Shown piece after piece: positions 9,429-18,500 of a stretch of DNA of 64,000 bases (the stretch's first letter is position 1; every line of letters begins with the position of its first letter). The notes under the pieces are model-generated. The model ran no database searches. It was given only the letters and a program-made list of their open reading frames with translations, and had not been told where the DNA came from. The translations under genes and the position numbers were made by a program. The DNA lies in the IMG/VR virus record IMGVR_UViG_3300008107_000072, positions 1,304-65,303 of that record. The stretch is one strand, 5' to 3'. The DNA comes from a virus (taxonomy: Duplodnaviria > Caudoviricetes).

Positions 9429-9617
9429 ATGCCGGGAAAAATGAAAGCAGCAAAGAATCCAGGATTCAAAGCTGTACAAAAAGGAATCGCTAAGAAGCAA
9501 GGAGTATCAATGGAGAAAGCAGGAGCAATCCTTGCATCTTCTACACGTAAGGCTTCACCTGCCGCAAAGAAAGCAAATCCTGCTTTGAAAAAGGTGAAAG
9601 GTAAGTCCAAGTATTAA
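9429..9617 (+). CDS. Small Lys/Ala-rich basic protein
   Basis: PGFKAVQ..IAKK.GVS...AGAILASSTRKAS..AKK.NP.L..VK; strong A-rich leader. Confidence 0.7.
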   Translation: MPGKMKAAKNPGFKAVQKGIAKKQGVSMEKAGAILASSTRKASPAAKKANPALKKVKGKSKY

Positions 9618-9638
9618 TAACAATAAAATAGAAAACAA

Positions 9639-10754
9639 ATGGCAGAAAATCCAAATTCCTCAATGTTTGAGGACTTAATAGAATCGGGTGAAATAAACCA
9701 AGCAGCAGAAGGTGCTCTTTCTGGAAATAGCGAAAACTTGGTATCGCAAAATGAGACATCAAGCGAAACGAACCAAGGGCAACAGCAATCTTCAACAGGT
9801 GTAGACTTTGAAACATTATTAGCAGAGAAAACAGGCGGCAAGTTTAAAAGTGTTGATGAAATACTACAACTTGCAGAAAAACCTAATAATCAAGATATTA
9901 ACTTTGCTAATGAGACTAGCAAGAAAGTATTTGAGTATTTGAAGGAAGGTAAGGTTGATGAGTTCTTAAATGTCTACCAGCAACAGCAGAAGCTGACCAG
10001 CTTAGATAAGCTTGATACAGACAACGTGCTGAAGTTGAAGATGAAGTATGAGAACCCTGAACTTACAGATGAGGAGATTGAAGATGAGTTCAACTACAAA
10101 TACGGAATCGAGCAGCCCGATATTGATGAGGATTTAGATACTCCCGAAGAGATTGCAAAAGAGAAGAAAAGACACGAGAGGGAGAAAATCAATATGGAGC
10201 GTCTTAAAAAGAAAGACTTGAAAGAAGCTAAAGACTTCTTGAAAGCAAAGAAAGAGGAGATAGTTCTTCCAGATATTGAAACGCGCCCTACTCAACAGTC
10301 GCAGTCAAATGCGGCTGACGAGGCGGAAGTAAAGGAGTTTCGTGACAAATACTTAGGAACGATTGCTGCAACCATTGATGAGATTGTGGGATTCGGAAAT
10401 AAGTATAAGGACAGCGAACTGGAGTTTGAAACTACTTATGTAATAGACCAGCAAGATAAGGCTAGTCTACAGAATAAGATGGAAAACTTCACTTTGCAAG
10501 ACTACTTTGTTCCGCGCTACATTAACGAGGATGGAAACTTTGACACGGAAGCTATAGCTCACGACTTATATGTCATCGAGAATTTGGATAAAATAATCGA
10601 AGCTCATGTAAGTCAAGCTGTAAACCAAACAAAGTCTATGTTCGTTAAGGGTCTTAAAAATGCCAACTTCCAGGAACAGGTAAGCAGGCGTTTGCCGGAC
10701 GAGCAACAGGCAAGTCAAAATGAGATGGTAGATTATTTCTTTAAAAACACATAA
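9639..10754 (+). CDS. Acidic coiled-coil protein, likely capsid scaffold
   Basis: 371 aa, E/D-rich, immediately before the major capsid gene. Confidence 0.65.
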   Translation: MAENPNSSMFEDLIESGEINQAAEGALSGNSENLVSQNETSSETNQGQQQSSTGVDFETLLAEKTGGKFKSVDEILQLAEKPNNQDINFANETSKKVFEYLKEGKVDEFLNVYQQQQKLTSLDKLDTDNVLKLKMKYENPELTDEEIEDEFNYKYGIEQPDIDEDLDTPEEIAKEKKRHEREKINMERLKKKDLKEAKDFLKAKKEEIVLPDIETRPTQQSQSNAADEAEVKEFRDKYLGTIAATIDEIVGFGNKYKDSELEFETTYVIDQQDKASLQNKMENFTLQDYFVPRYINEDGNFDTEAIAHDLYVIENLDKIIEAHVSQAVNQTKSMFVKGLKNANFQEQVSRRLPDEQQASQNEMVDYFFKNT

Positions 10755-10779
10755 TAATAACAATTAAAAACTAAAAGCA

Positions 10780-12144
10780 ATGGCATACAATTCAGCGGCG
10801 GAGAAACCGTCAGCATTTGTCAATCCCGGCGCAGGTCTAACAAGAGGCATTGTTAGTGACCTGTCTATTCTTAAGCCTCAGTATTATCCTAAGTTCATCA
10901 GCAAGTATGGTGCTCAAAACTACACTATGCTTCTTGAAATGCTTGGATTCAAAGGTCAAGTAAAAAGTAACGTAATCCGTCACTGGGAAGACCTCGGAAA
11001 GCTTCACCAAGCTGTACAGGTTAACGCAAACGTAACTGGTGCAACTAACGGTTCTGCTGTTACTTTCACATTGAAGTCTGGTTCTCACTACGATAGCGGA
11101 ACTAAATCTCCTATCCGTGTAGGTGAAGTAGTTGAAATCGCTTCTACTGGTATTCAAGGTAAAGTAATCAGCGTTGATAAAACAAACGCAGGAGCTCACG
11201 AAGCTACTGTACGTCCTCTTAGCGCTACTCAACAATTTGAGTCTGCTACTCTTGATGGTCGTTTGGACGCTGACGAGTGGATTCTCTTCCGCGGACAAGC
11301 TGCGGTAGGTGAAGCTTCTTCTAAAGGAGATGCTTTGATTCCTCGCGTTGAAGAAGTGTTGAACTACGTTTCTGAAGTTCGCGAAGACTGGAGAGTTACT
11401 GACCGTGCTATGATTGAAGAAATCTGGTTTGGTGAGAACTATTCTTACAAAGGTCTTGAAGATGCTGTAAAGCGTTTCATGAACAACAAAGAGTTTACTC
11501 TTATGTTCGGTAACACTATTACTAACACTAACGCATCTGCTACTTCTAAGAATACAATCGGGCTGTTGCAACAGATTGAAAACCGTGGTACTGGCGTATC
11601 TTATAGCGCTGGAAACCTTGACCGTGCTAAGCTTCACGAAGTAACTCGTGCTCTTGACTTTAACGGAGGTTCTCAAGAGAATCACCTTCTTTCTGACGTG
11701 TTCTTGCGTCAAGAGTTGGATGACGAACTGTTCGACCTTTACGATGCAGGAGCTATCCTTTGGGGTACTGTAGGTGGTAGCAAAGAAGCTGCTGCTATGT
11801 ACGGATTCGGTTCTATCACAATGGATGGTTATACCTTCCACATTAAGAAGTACCTTCCGTTCTCTCCTGAAGCAGTTTACGGTGCTACTCCAACTGACCA
11901 TCAGTACAAGAACTACGGTATCGTTGTTCCTATGTCTCAAGGTCGTGACCCTCAAACTGGAGAGCGTTACAACTCTATCGAAATCACTTACAACAATGTG
12001 AATGGTAAAGACCTTCATATTTGGGAAACTGGTGCTTTCGCTAAGAGTCCTACAAGCGATACAGCTGAACTTAACGTACACCACCTGTGTTACGCAGGTC
12101 TGCGCGTGTTCGGTGCAAACCGCTTCGTACGCATCAGTGGTTAA
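10780..12144 (+). CDS. Major capsid protein
   Basis: 454 aa with strong highly-expressed codon bias, between scaffold and a strong terminator. C-terminal HHLCYAGLRVFGANRF resembles crAss-like MCPs. Confidence 0.85.
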   Translation: MAYNSAAEKPSAFVNPGAGLTRGIVSDLSILKPQYYPKFISKYGAQNYTMLLEMLGFKGQVKSNVIRHWEDLGKLHQAVQVNANVTGATNGSAVTFTLKSGSHYDSGTKSPIRVGEVVEIASTGIQGKVISVDKTNAGAHEATVRPLSATQQFESATLDGRLDADEWILFRGQAAVGEASSKGDALIPRVEEVLNYVSEVREDWRVTDRAMIEEIWFGENYSYKGLEDAVKRFMNNKEFTLMFGNTITNTNASATSKNTIGLLQQIENRGTGVSYSAGNLDRAKLHEVTRALDFNGGSQENHLLSDVFLRQELDDELFDLYDAGAILWGTVGGSKEAAAMYGFGSITMDGYTFHIKKYLPFSPEAVYGATPTDHQYKNYGIVVPMSQGRDPQTGERYNSIEITYNNVNGKDLHIWETGAFAKSPTSDTAELNVHHLCYAGLRVFGANRFVRISG

Positions 12145-12162
12145 TCTTAACTAACCATAGAA

Positions 12163-12194
12163 GAAAGCCCCTCCAAAAGAGGGGTTTTTCTTTT
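12163..12194 (+). terminator. Intrinsic terminator after the MCP gene
   Basis: GAAAGCCCCT-CCAAA-AGAGGGGTTTTTCTTTT. Confidence 0.85.
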
Positions 12195-12238
12195 CGTATA
12201 TGTTGAAGATAATATCGTATCAATACGTATAACTAAAC

Positions 12239-12312
12239 TACTTTTACAGCCTTGGATTTAATCTGTTTTCTATTACCAATTCCCCCCTTTGTTTTTACTT
12301 TGGGGGATTTTT
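12239..12312 (+). ncRNA. Candidate small RNA cassette A (promoter variant, ~60 nt, terminator)
   Basis: TACTTTTA-CAGC parallels TATATTTG-CAGC of the next unit. Ends in a CCCCC/GGGGG hairpin containing GTTTTTAC, then a T run. Confidence 0.35.
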
Positions 12313-12314
12313 CT

Positions 12315-12388
12315 TATATTTGCAGCGTACATTAATAGTTTTTGTTTAGAGTGAATACCCCCCTGTTGTTTTTACAACGGGGTTTTTT
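12315..12388 (+). ncRNA. Candidate small RNA cassette B, antisense to early-gene leaders
   Basis: TATATTTG promoter at 12315-12322, ~62-nt body with CAT...TTTTGTTTAGAGTGA, then terminator CCCC.GTTGT-TTTT-ACAACGGGG-TTTTTT. Confidence 0.5.
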
Positions 12389-12390
12389 AT

Positions 12391-12398
12391 TATATTTG
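12391..12398 (+). promoter_or_regulatory. TAnnTTTG -7 promoter element
   Basis: TATATTTG immediately after a terminator, 15 nt before ATG 12414. Confidence 0.7.
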
Positions 12399-12413
12399 TA
12401 TCAAATAATTACT

Positions 12414-13373
12414 ATGTCAAAAGAAAAACAGATTAAACAAGAAGTCCAACTACCCATTTTGGACGCCATTGACGACACTAAATTTGTCGTTCACAATCCT
12501 CAGATTAAAGAATTTGAGGACGATGATACTGTACAGCTAAAGAAGATGGCTCAGAAAGTGCAGGATAAAGTAAAAGCACAGCAAAGAGAGCCTGAGATGT
12601 ACGTATTCAAGTTGCTCACTCCTTCAGGGCAGAAACCAAAAGCATACGAATCTATAGTAAACGAAATGCCTATATTTGATACAGCTTCTAATAGCGTTCG
12701 TACTATACGCCTTATCAGAGGGGCTTCCTCTATTTGGCTTGATGAGCAAGATGGGTTTACTCCTCAATATATCCAAAGAAACAAGCAGGATATAGTATTT
12801 AATAACGGATTCTTGCGTGTGCCACGTACAAATAGAACTCTTTTAAACTTCCTATTAAATAGCGATGATTACGATAAGAAAGAGAATCGTATGCGTAATA
12901 AGAGGGCAAAGTTTACTCTCGTAAACTCAACGGAGGTAGAAGCTGAGGAATTAAAGAAGGAAGAGAAGCGTCTAAGAGCTATTAACTTTGCTATGAACGC
13001 ATCTGTAGAAGATATGCTTATCCATGCTGAGTTCTTAGGTATCGGCATGACAAACGAGTTCGGGGAGCAAAAGACGATGGCTAAGGTACGTGTAGAATAC
13101 GCTAACAAGGCAGGGAACAATCCTGATGGCTTTATGAATAGCGCTGGTACTACAGCCTCTAAGGTTCAGTACTTCGTTAAGAAGGCTCTTGCCGATTCTC
13201 ATATTGACGTAACTACCAAAAAAGGGTATGCTATTTGGGCAGAAAGTGAAGCTATAATATGTGAGATACCTTTCGGAAAGAAGGCTTACGAATCTATTAG
13301 TGAGTTTGCTATGTCAAAGACAAAAGAAGGTTCTCAATTCTTTGATAGAATAAAAACGCTCACTTCGGCATGA
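12414..13373 (+). CDS. Conserved hypothetical protein downstream of the MCP gene
   Basis: Start moved to ATG 12414 (MSKEK), after the promoter. The ORF-track extension runs through a terminator. Confidence 0.75.
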   Translation: MSKEKQIKQEVQLPILDAIDDTKFVVHNPQIKEFEDDDTVQLKKMAQKVQDKVKAQQREPEMYVFKLLTPSGQKPKAYESIVNEMPIFDTASNSVRTIRLIRGASSIWLDEQDGFTPQYIQRNKQDIVFNNGFLRVPRTNRTLLNFLLNSDDYDKKENRMRNKRAKFTLVNSTEVEAEELKKEEKRLRAINFAMNASVEDMLIHAEFLGIGMTNEFGEQKTMAKVRVEYANKAGNNPDGFMNSAGTTASKVQYFVKKALADSHIDVTTKKGYAIWAESEAIICEIPFGKKAYESISEFAMSKTKEGSQFFDRIKTLTSA

Positions 13374-13392
13374 TAAAATGTAAGTGTTGATA

Positions 13393-13450
13393 TAAATTTG
13401 GTTCTTTTAAGTGTTCATGGTTAAGGCTGCTGTTTTTACAGTGGCCTTTT
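13393..13450 (+). ncRNA. Candidate small RNA cassette C, or simple terminator
   Basis: TAAATTTG promoter match, short body with GTTCATGGTT, then hairpin AAGGCTGCTGT-TTTT-ACAGTGGCCTT and T run. Confidence 0.4.
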
Positions 13451-13455
13451 CTATT

Positions 13456-13463
13456 TATCTTTG
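13456..13463 (+). promoter_or_regulatory. TAnnTTTG promoter, probably giving a leaderless mRNA
   Basis: TATCTTTG-GACT-ATG(13468). Confidence 0.6.
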
Positions 13464-13467
13464 GACT

Positions 13468-14166
13468 ATGGCTACTTCTAATTCAGTATATGAGGAAGTG
13501 CAGTTCCTCTGCAACAAATACCATCATGGGTATATAGCCCCAGATGAGTTTGTCAGCACATTTAATACAGCTCAAAGAATATACATAAATAGGATTCTTG
13601 GTCAGGTTCAAGAGTATCAGAACGGCAGGCCTGTAGCTCGTACTGGTGGTCACATGACTCAAATTGTTGAGGAAAAGTTGGCTCCATTTACAAAGAGGGT
13701 TACACTTAGGTCTTCTAATGAGATAGCTACAGTAAAGACTCAATTTGAAGATTTTCTGAAACTGCTAAGTTTAAATACAGAAGGTGGTCAAAGAGTGCGC
13801 AGGGTTCGTCACGAGCAAATACATAGCGCAATAACTTCTGTTATAGACCCCCCATCAGGTGCAAATCCATATTATTACGAGTACGATACAGGTTTTAGGA
13901 TTTTATCAGGTAGCGACGATGTTGATTCTATGATTATGACGTATGTTAGAAAGCCTGAAAATATTACATGGCCCTATGAGATGGGTTCAGGAAATATCCC
14001 TGTTTATAATGAGAATGGTCCTTTTGGTGGAGCATTGCAAAATCCAGAATGGAGAGACCAAGAGATTAACGAATTGATTTTCATACAGTTAGGTCTTATA
14101 GGAATTAACTTGAAAGATGCGGATTTGATTCGCGTATCGCAAACAGCAAAACAAATAGGTGAATGA
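13468..14166 (+). CDS. Tail ring/adaptor structural protein 1
   Basis: Start at ATG 13468 (MATSN). NK...GYI.P.EF...N.AQ and Y.RKP..ITW.Y motifs resemble crAss-like ring proteins. Confidence 0.7.
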   Translation: MATSNSVYEEVQFLCNKYHHGYIAPDEFVSTFNTAQRIYINRILGQVQEYQNGRPVARTGGHMTQIVEEKLAPFTKRVTLRSSNEIATVKTQFEDFLKLLSLNTEGGQRVRRVRHEQIHSAITSVIDPPSGANPYYYEYDTGFRILSGSDDVDSMIMTYVRKPENITWPYEMGSGNIPVYNENGPFGGALQNPEWRDQEINELIFIQLGLIGINLKDADLIRVSQTAKQIGE

Positions 14167-14777
14167 CAAGGGCACAGATGATAGAGCTTATACAGCGAGA
14201 CCTTAATAATGGTCTTCCGCATGATGACTCACAGTATACCGATAATGAGATAGGTCTGTGGCTCAGTCAGGCAATGGCTACCGTAATGGAGCAGCGGTAT
14301 AAGGAATCGGCAGAGATTGAGAGTATTACATACATGAATGATTTTTACTATGCAACTTTTAAGAATCGTTGTGTTAGTAAGGATACGGATACTGGTTATT
14401 ATTATTTTAAACTTCCTCAGTTCCCACTTGGTTTACCAAGAGGTATTTCTATTGCAGGGGTTTATTTTAAGAGCGCAGAGGGACAGCTAACTGAAACTGT
14501 TGTGCAGATTGCTCCTCAGGAGATTGACATTATGAGGGGAATACCGATGCCTAAAAATAAGGTATATGGGTGGGCTGAGGGTGATTTGTTTTACATGATT
14601 AGCTATAAGAACATAAAGGACTTAAAAGCTATTGTAAGAATGGTTACTACAAAGATTAATGATGAGGATGAGATACCTGACAACGTAGGGACGCAGGCTG
14701 CTGACTTAGTTATCCGTAGAATAAGAAGCAGAAGCGGAGTGCAGGAAATTAGCAACGACGGAACAGACATTAAATAA
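14163..14777 (+). CDS. Tail ring/adaptor structural protein 2
   Basis: 204 aa, ATGA-coupled, within the tail module. Confidence 0.6.
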   Translation: MTRAQMIELIQRDLNNGLPHDDSQYTDNEIGLWLSQAMATVMEQRYKESAEIESITYMNDFYYATFKNRCVSKDTDTGYYYFKLPQFPLGLPRGISIAGVYFKSAEGQLTETVVQIAPQEIDIMRGIPMPKNKVYGWAEGDLFYMISYKNIKDLKAIVRMVTTKINDEDEIPDNVGTQAADLVIRRIRSRSGVQEISNDGTDIK

Positions 14778-14785
14778 TTGACAGA

Positions 14786-15547
14786 ATGAATACAGCAAGA
14801 TGGGTTCAGCTTGAAGAGGTCGTTAAGGAGTATATCTCTCAGGCTGAGTTAAATATGGCTCATTACAGAAGGCTGTGGAATATAGCTTTCAGGGGTCTTG
14901 AGGATATGATGTTTAGCGTTTATGAGACTCCTAAAACTGTTAAGATACCTGTTCTGCCTAACAAGACTGTTAAGCTTCCGGGGGACTACGTTGCTTATAC
15001 TAAGATTGGCGTACTTAATAGCGAAGGGGAAGTTGCTACATTGGCTAAGAATCCAAACCTTTCACTATTTGCACAGGAGCTTTCTAACAGGACAGATTTG
15101 AATACTGATGCTCCAGTAGACCCTACAAACATACGTGACTTCGTGTATCTTAACTATGATAACAATGGTTCTCTTTTTAACCTGTATGGGCTTGGTGGGT
15201 TTTTAATGAGTGCAGGGGAGTTTAATATAGACGAAGAAACTGGGGTTATTATATTGGACAACAAGTTCGAGTACGATTATGTGATACTTGAATATCTGTC
15301 ATCACCAAGAGAGGATGAAGAATATAAGGTTCCCATTTTGGTAAAAGAGGCTTTGATTTCGTGGATAGCTTGGAAAGACCACGAGTATAAGCCGATGGGC
15401 AGAAGGTTCCAGGAGATGAGTAAGGAACAGCGTAGGATTAACTACGTAAGAGAGAAGAAGAAAGCTAAATTCAGAATCAACCCTGTAAGACTTTGGGAGG
15501 CTAATGACATTATCAGAGCCGGAGAAGTTCTTGCGGTTAAAGGATAA
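14786..15547 (+). CDS. Tail ring/tubular structural protein 3
   Basis: LP.DYV.Y.KIG...VILEYLS...VP....EAL.... motif, located before the muzzle gene. Confidence 0.7.
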   Translation: MNTARWVQLEEVVKEYISQAELNMAHYRRLWNIAFRGLEDMMFSVYETPKTVKIPVLPNKTVKLPGDYVAYTKIGVLNSEGEVATLAKNPNLSLFAQELSNRTDLNTDAPVDPTNIRDFVYLNYDNNGSLFNLYGLGGFLMSAGEFNIDEETGVIILDNKFEYDYVILEYLSSPREDEEYKVPILVKEALISWIAWKDHEYKPMGRRFQEMSKEQRRINYVREKKKAKFRINPVRLWEANDIIRAGEVLAVKG

Positions 15548-15549
15548 CA

Positions 15550-18500
15550 ATGATTGATTTAAGAAGATATACAGGAGGTTTAAACTTAGATACAGCTGCT
15601 GAGTTTTTGCCGCAAGGCGACTACATAGACGCGTTGAATGTTAGCGTAGGCTCAGAAGGTGTAGAAAAGATATTAGGCACTACAGAGATACAGAGTATAG
15701 TTAATCCGTCAAATGGTACGAATTGGGTGTGTGGTTCTCACTTTGATAAGACTAGACAGAAGGTTTACTATTTTATATTCAACTCACAGCAGTTTCACAC
15801 TATTGTATCAATAGACGTTCCTACGCTTACGTCTACTATATTGTTTCAAGACAAAACAAACACTGGAGGTACTTCTATATTAAATTGGGGTACAGATGCA
15901 AGCTACAATCCTAACAAGATAATAAAGGATATAAAAGTAATTTATAGGGATAATGGAGGTGACTTGGTGTATTTTATAGACCCATTAAAAAGGCCGCTTA
16001 AATTTAATACGTCTACTCTCCCTACTCTTTCTTCTACAAATGATGTAATATTAGATTACTTCAAGGTTATCAAAGCTCCTCCTGTATCTCAACCTATCTG
16101 TAGTTATTATGATGCGTCAGGTAGAAGTGTAAACAATCTCAGGAAGAAATTGTTTCAGTTCAAATCAAGATTTATTTATGATGATGACGAAAAGAGCGTA
16201 TGGAGTGCGGTAAGCAAGGTTCCTCTTCCAACAAAAGCAAATGATGACGCTTATTATGCTGATGGAACTAAATCAAATGCTATTTATGTAGGTGTTCAGA
16301 CGGGCGATAAAAATATTAAAAAAATAGAAGTTGCAGGAAGAGTGAATATAGATTCTGTATGGAGTGACTTCTTTTTGATAGATACAATAAATAAGTCTCA
16401 GTTATCTATTTCTGATAACTCTACATACCAGTATTCTTTCTTTAATGACGGGTCTTACGTGCCTATTGATATTGAAGAGGGGAATTTATTATTTGATTAT
16501 GTACCTGATGAGGCTAATGCGCTTGAGCTCGCTAATGGTAATACATTAGTTTATGGTGGTATTAAAGAGGGTTTGCCTAGGCTTTCTAATTTTGATGTAG
16601 ATACTTCTACTATTGAAAGTACTCCTGCTATACCTGGTAGTGTTATTTTCAATGAAAGCTCTAACAATCTTACACTAGATGACCCTTCAGCTCCTCCTTA
16701 TACATATTATAATACAGAACAAGTAGTAGAACTTACAGGAACAGTTAATCAGGGTGATATAATAACATTTGGGTTTAGTTTGTATCAGTCAGACCCGTTA
16801 GACATAAACAATCTGAACCCTATTTTTGAGCCTCCAATAACCTATACAGTAACGGCTGGTCAAACGCTTTATGATGCCATAGTTAGCATTGTTAATCAGA
16901 TAAACTCAACATCAACAAATTTAACAGCTGTAATTACATACAATTTAGGAGATTATACAATACTTAGATTTTTAACAAATAGCTTTGATAAGTATTTTAT
17001 ATCTGGTACATTTTTAGGGGGAGGTACTTCATTTACGTTTACGCCATTCGTAGGCTCTACAGGCAACTCAACAGATTCAATATCTACTCTTAAGTGGAAA
17101 GGAAGGTATAAATACGGATTAGTTTATTATTCAAATGATGGCAAGACAAATGGGGTATATATAGGCAATGATAAAAATCTTACAGTAGACATACCAGAAT
17201 ATAAGGAAGTAGCAGGACAGCCAAAGATATTTAGCGTCCAAATGGACATAAATCACGAGCCTCCATCTTGGGCGAGTTATTACCATGTTGTAAGAACAAA
17301 AGAATTAACAAGTTCATTTTCTAAGTTCTTTATTACAAAGGCGACTATAGTATCAGAAACAAGTCAAACTCCTGCTCCTTATATATATCTAAACATACAG
17401 AATATATCTGTTCATGGACAGGAAATACCTGCATCTTCTACTATTATAAATTATACTTCATCATCATTTGTAAAAGGGGATAGGGTTAGGATAATTAAAA
17501 ATACTACATCAGGAACTGTTTTTACTGGACAAAAAGATTACGAAATACTTGGTGTTGTAGCTAAAGGTGGTTCTGACATACACTTGAAACTTGCATTTGT
17601 TTCAGGTATGAATATAAGCCTTAGCCCTAATGATAAATATCTTATTGAAATATTAAGGCCTTCTGCTATCATAAGCAACGATGCTGAAAATGTTTACTAT
17701 GAAATAGGTGAGAGGTTTAATATCGGAGTAGACATTAATGGAAATCTTATCCATAACGGTTCTTCGCAAAATCAAATAATAGGGATTGGAGTTCAGCCTG
17801 CTATATTAAGGCTTACTGATGGCGATTATTATACAAGATTAAGAAAGCTCGTTACTGGTGAATTTTCAGGAGTTGCTCAATACACGGAATACACCTGCAT
17901 GGATGCGAACTTCAGCGACTTTTGGGAGAGTGGTGTATGGGGGCAGGGAAGACCATTAGTTATTGACGAAACAGCAAAGTCTCAATACTTCCCGGCATTA
18001 TTAAGGTTCTCCAATTCATATATCCAAGGTTCTAACATAAACAACCTTAACAGGTTTTATCCTGAAAACCAAGAAGAGGCAGATAATAGCTTTGGGGATA
18101 TTCTACGTTTAAAGACGCGTGAGAACTTTATTAGAATGTTCCAGCGGTACAAAGTGGCAATGATACCTATTTATCGTAGCATTATCGTGGATAACGCCAC
18201 CTCTACCCAGGTTGCACTATCTGAAAAGCTATTAAACAGACCGAATTACTACGCAGGTGAATACGGTATCGATAAGTACGGAAGTTCATTAGTATCAACA
18301 GATTATGGTGACTATTTCTTAGATACAATAAACAGGGCTATAGTAAGGGTTAGCCTAGATGGGATGACCAACATTAGCGACACTTATAATGTGTCTGCTT
18401 ACGCAAATGATAACCTGGATGAAAATAGCTATGGGTACGGATATTTCAATTATGAGAATAGGCAGGTAGTGATGCTTAGTGGAAGAGCTGGGTATCAGAA

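Noticed and set aside
9122-9610. 162-aa antisense ORF
   Set aside because: Shadow of Lys/Ala-rich + strand genes (F/L/A-rich reverse translation).
10837-12084. 415-aa antisense ORF over the major capsid gene
   Set aside because: Mirror of the strongly biased codon usage of the MCP gene; no leader or promoter and no protein-like motifs.
12342-12413. ORF-track N-terminal extensions (also 13411, 32322, 59406, 61918, 62503)
   Set aside because: They run through terminators, promoters or the tRNA-like element; downstream starts fit better.
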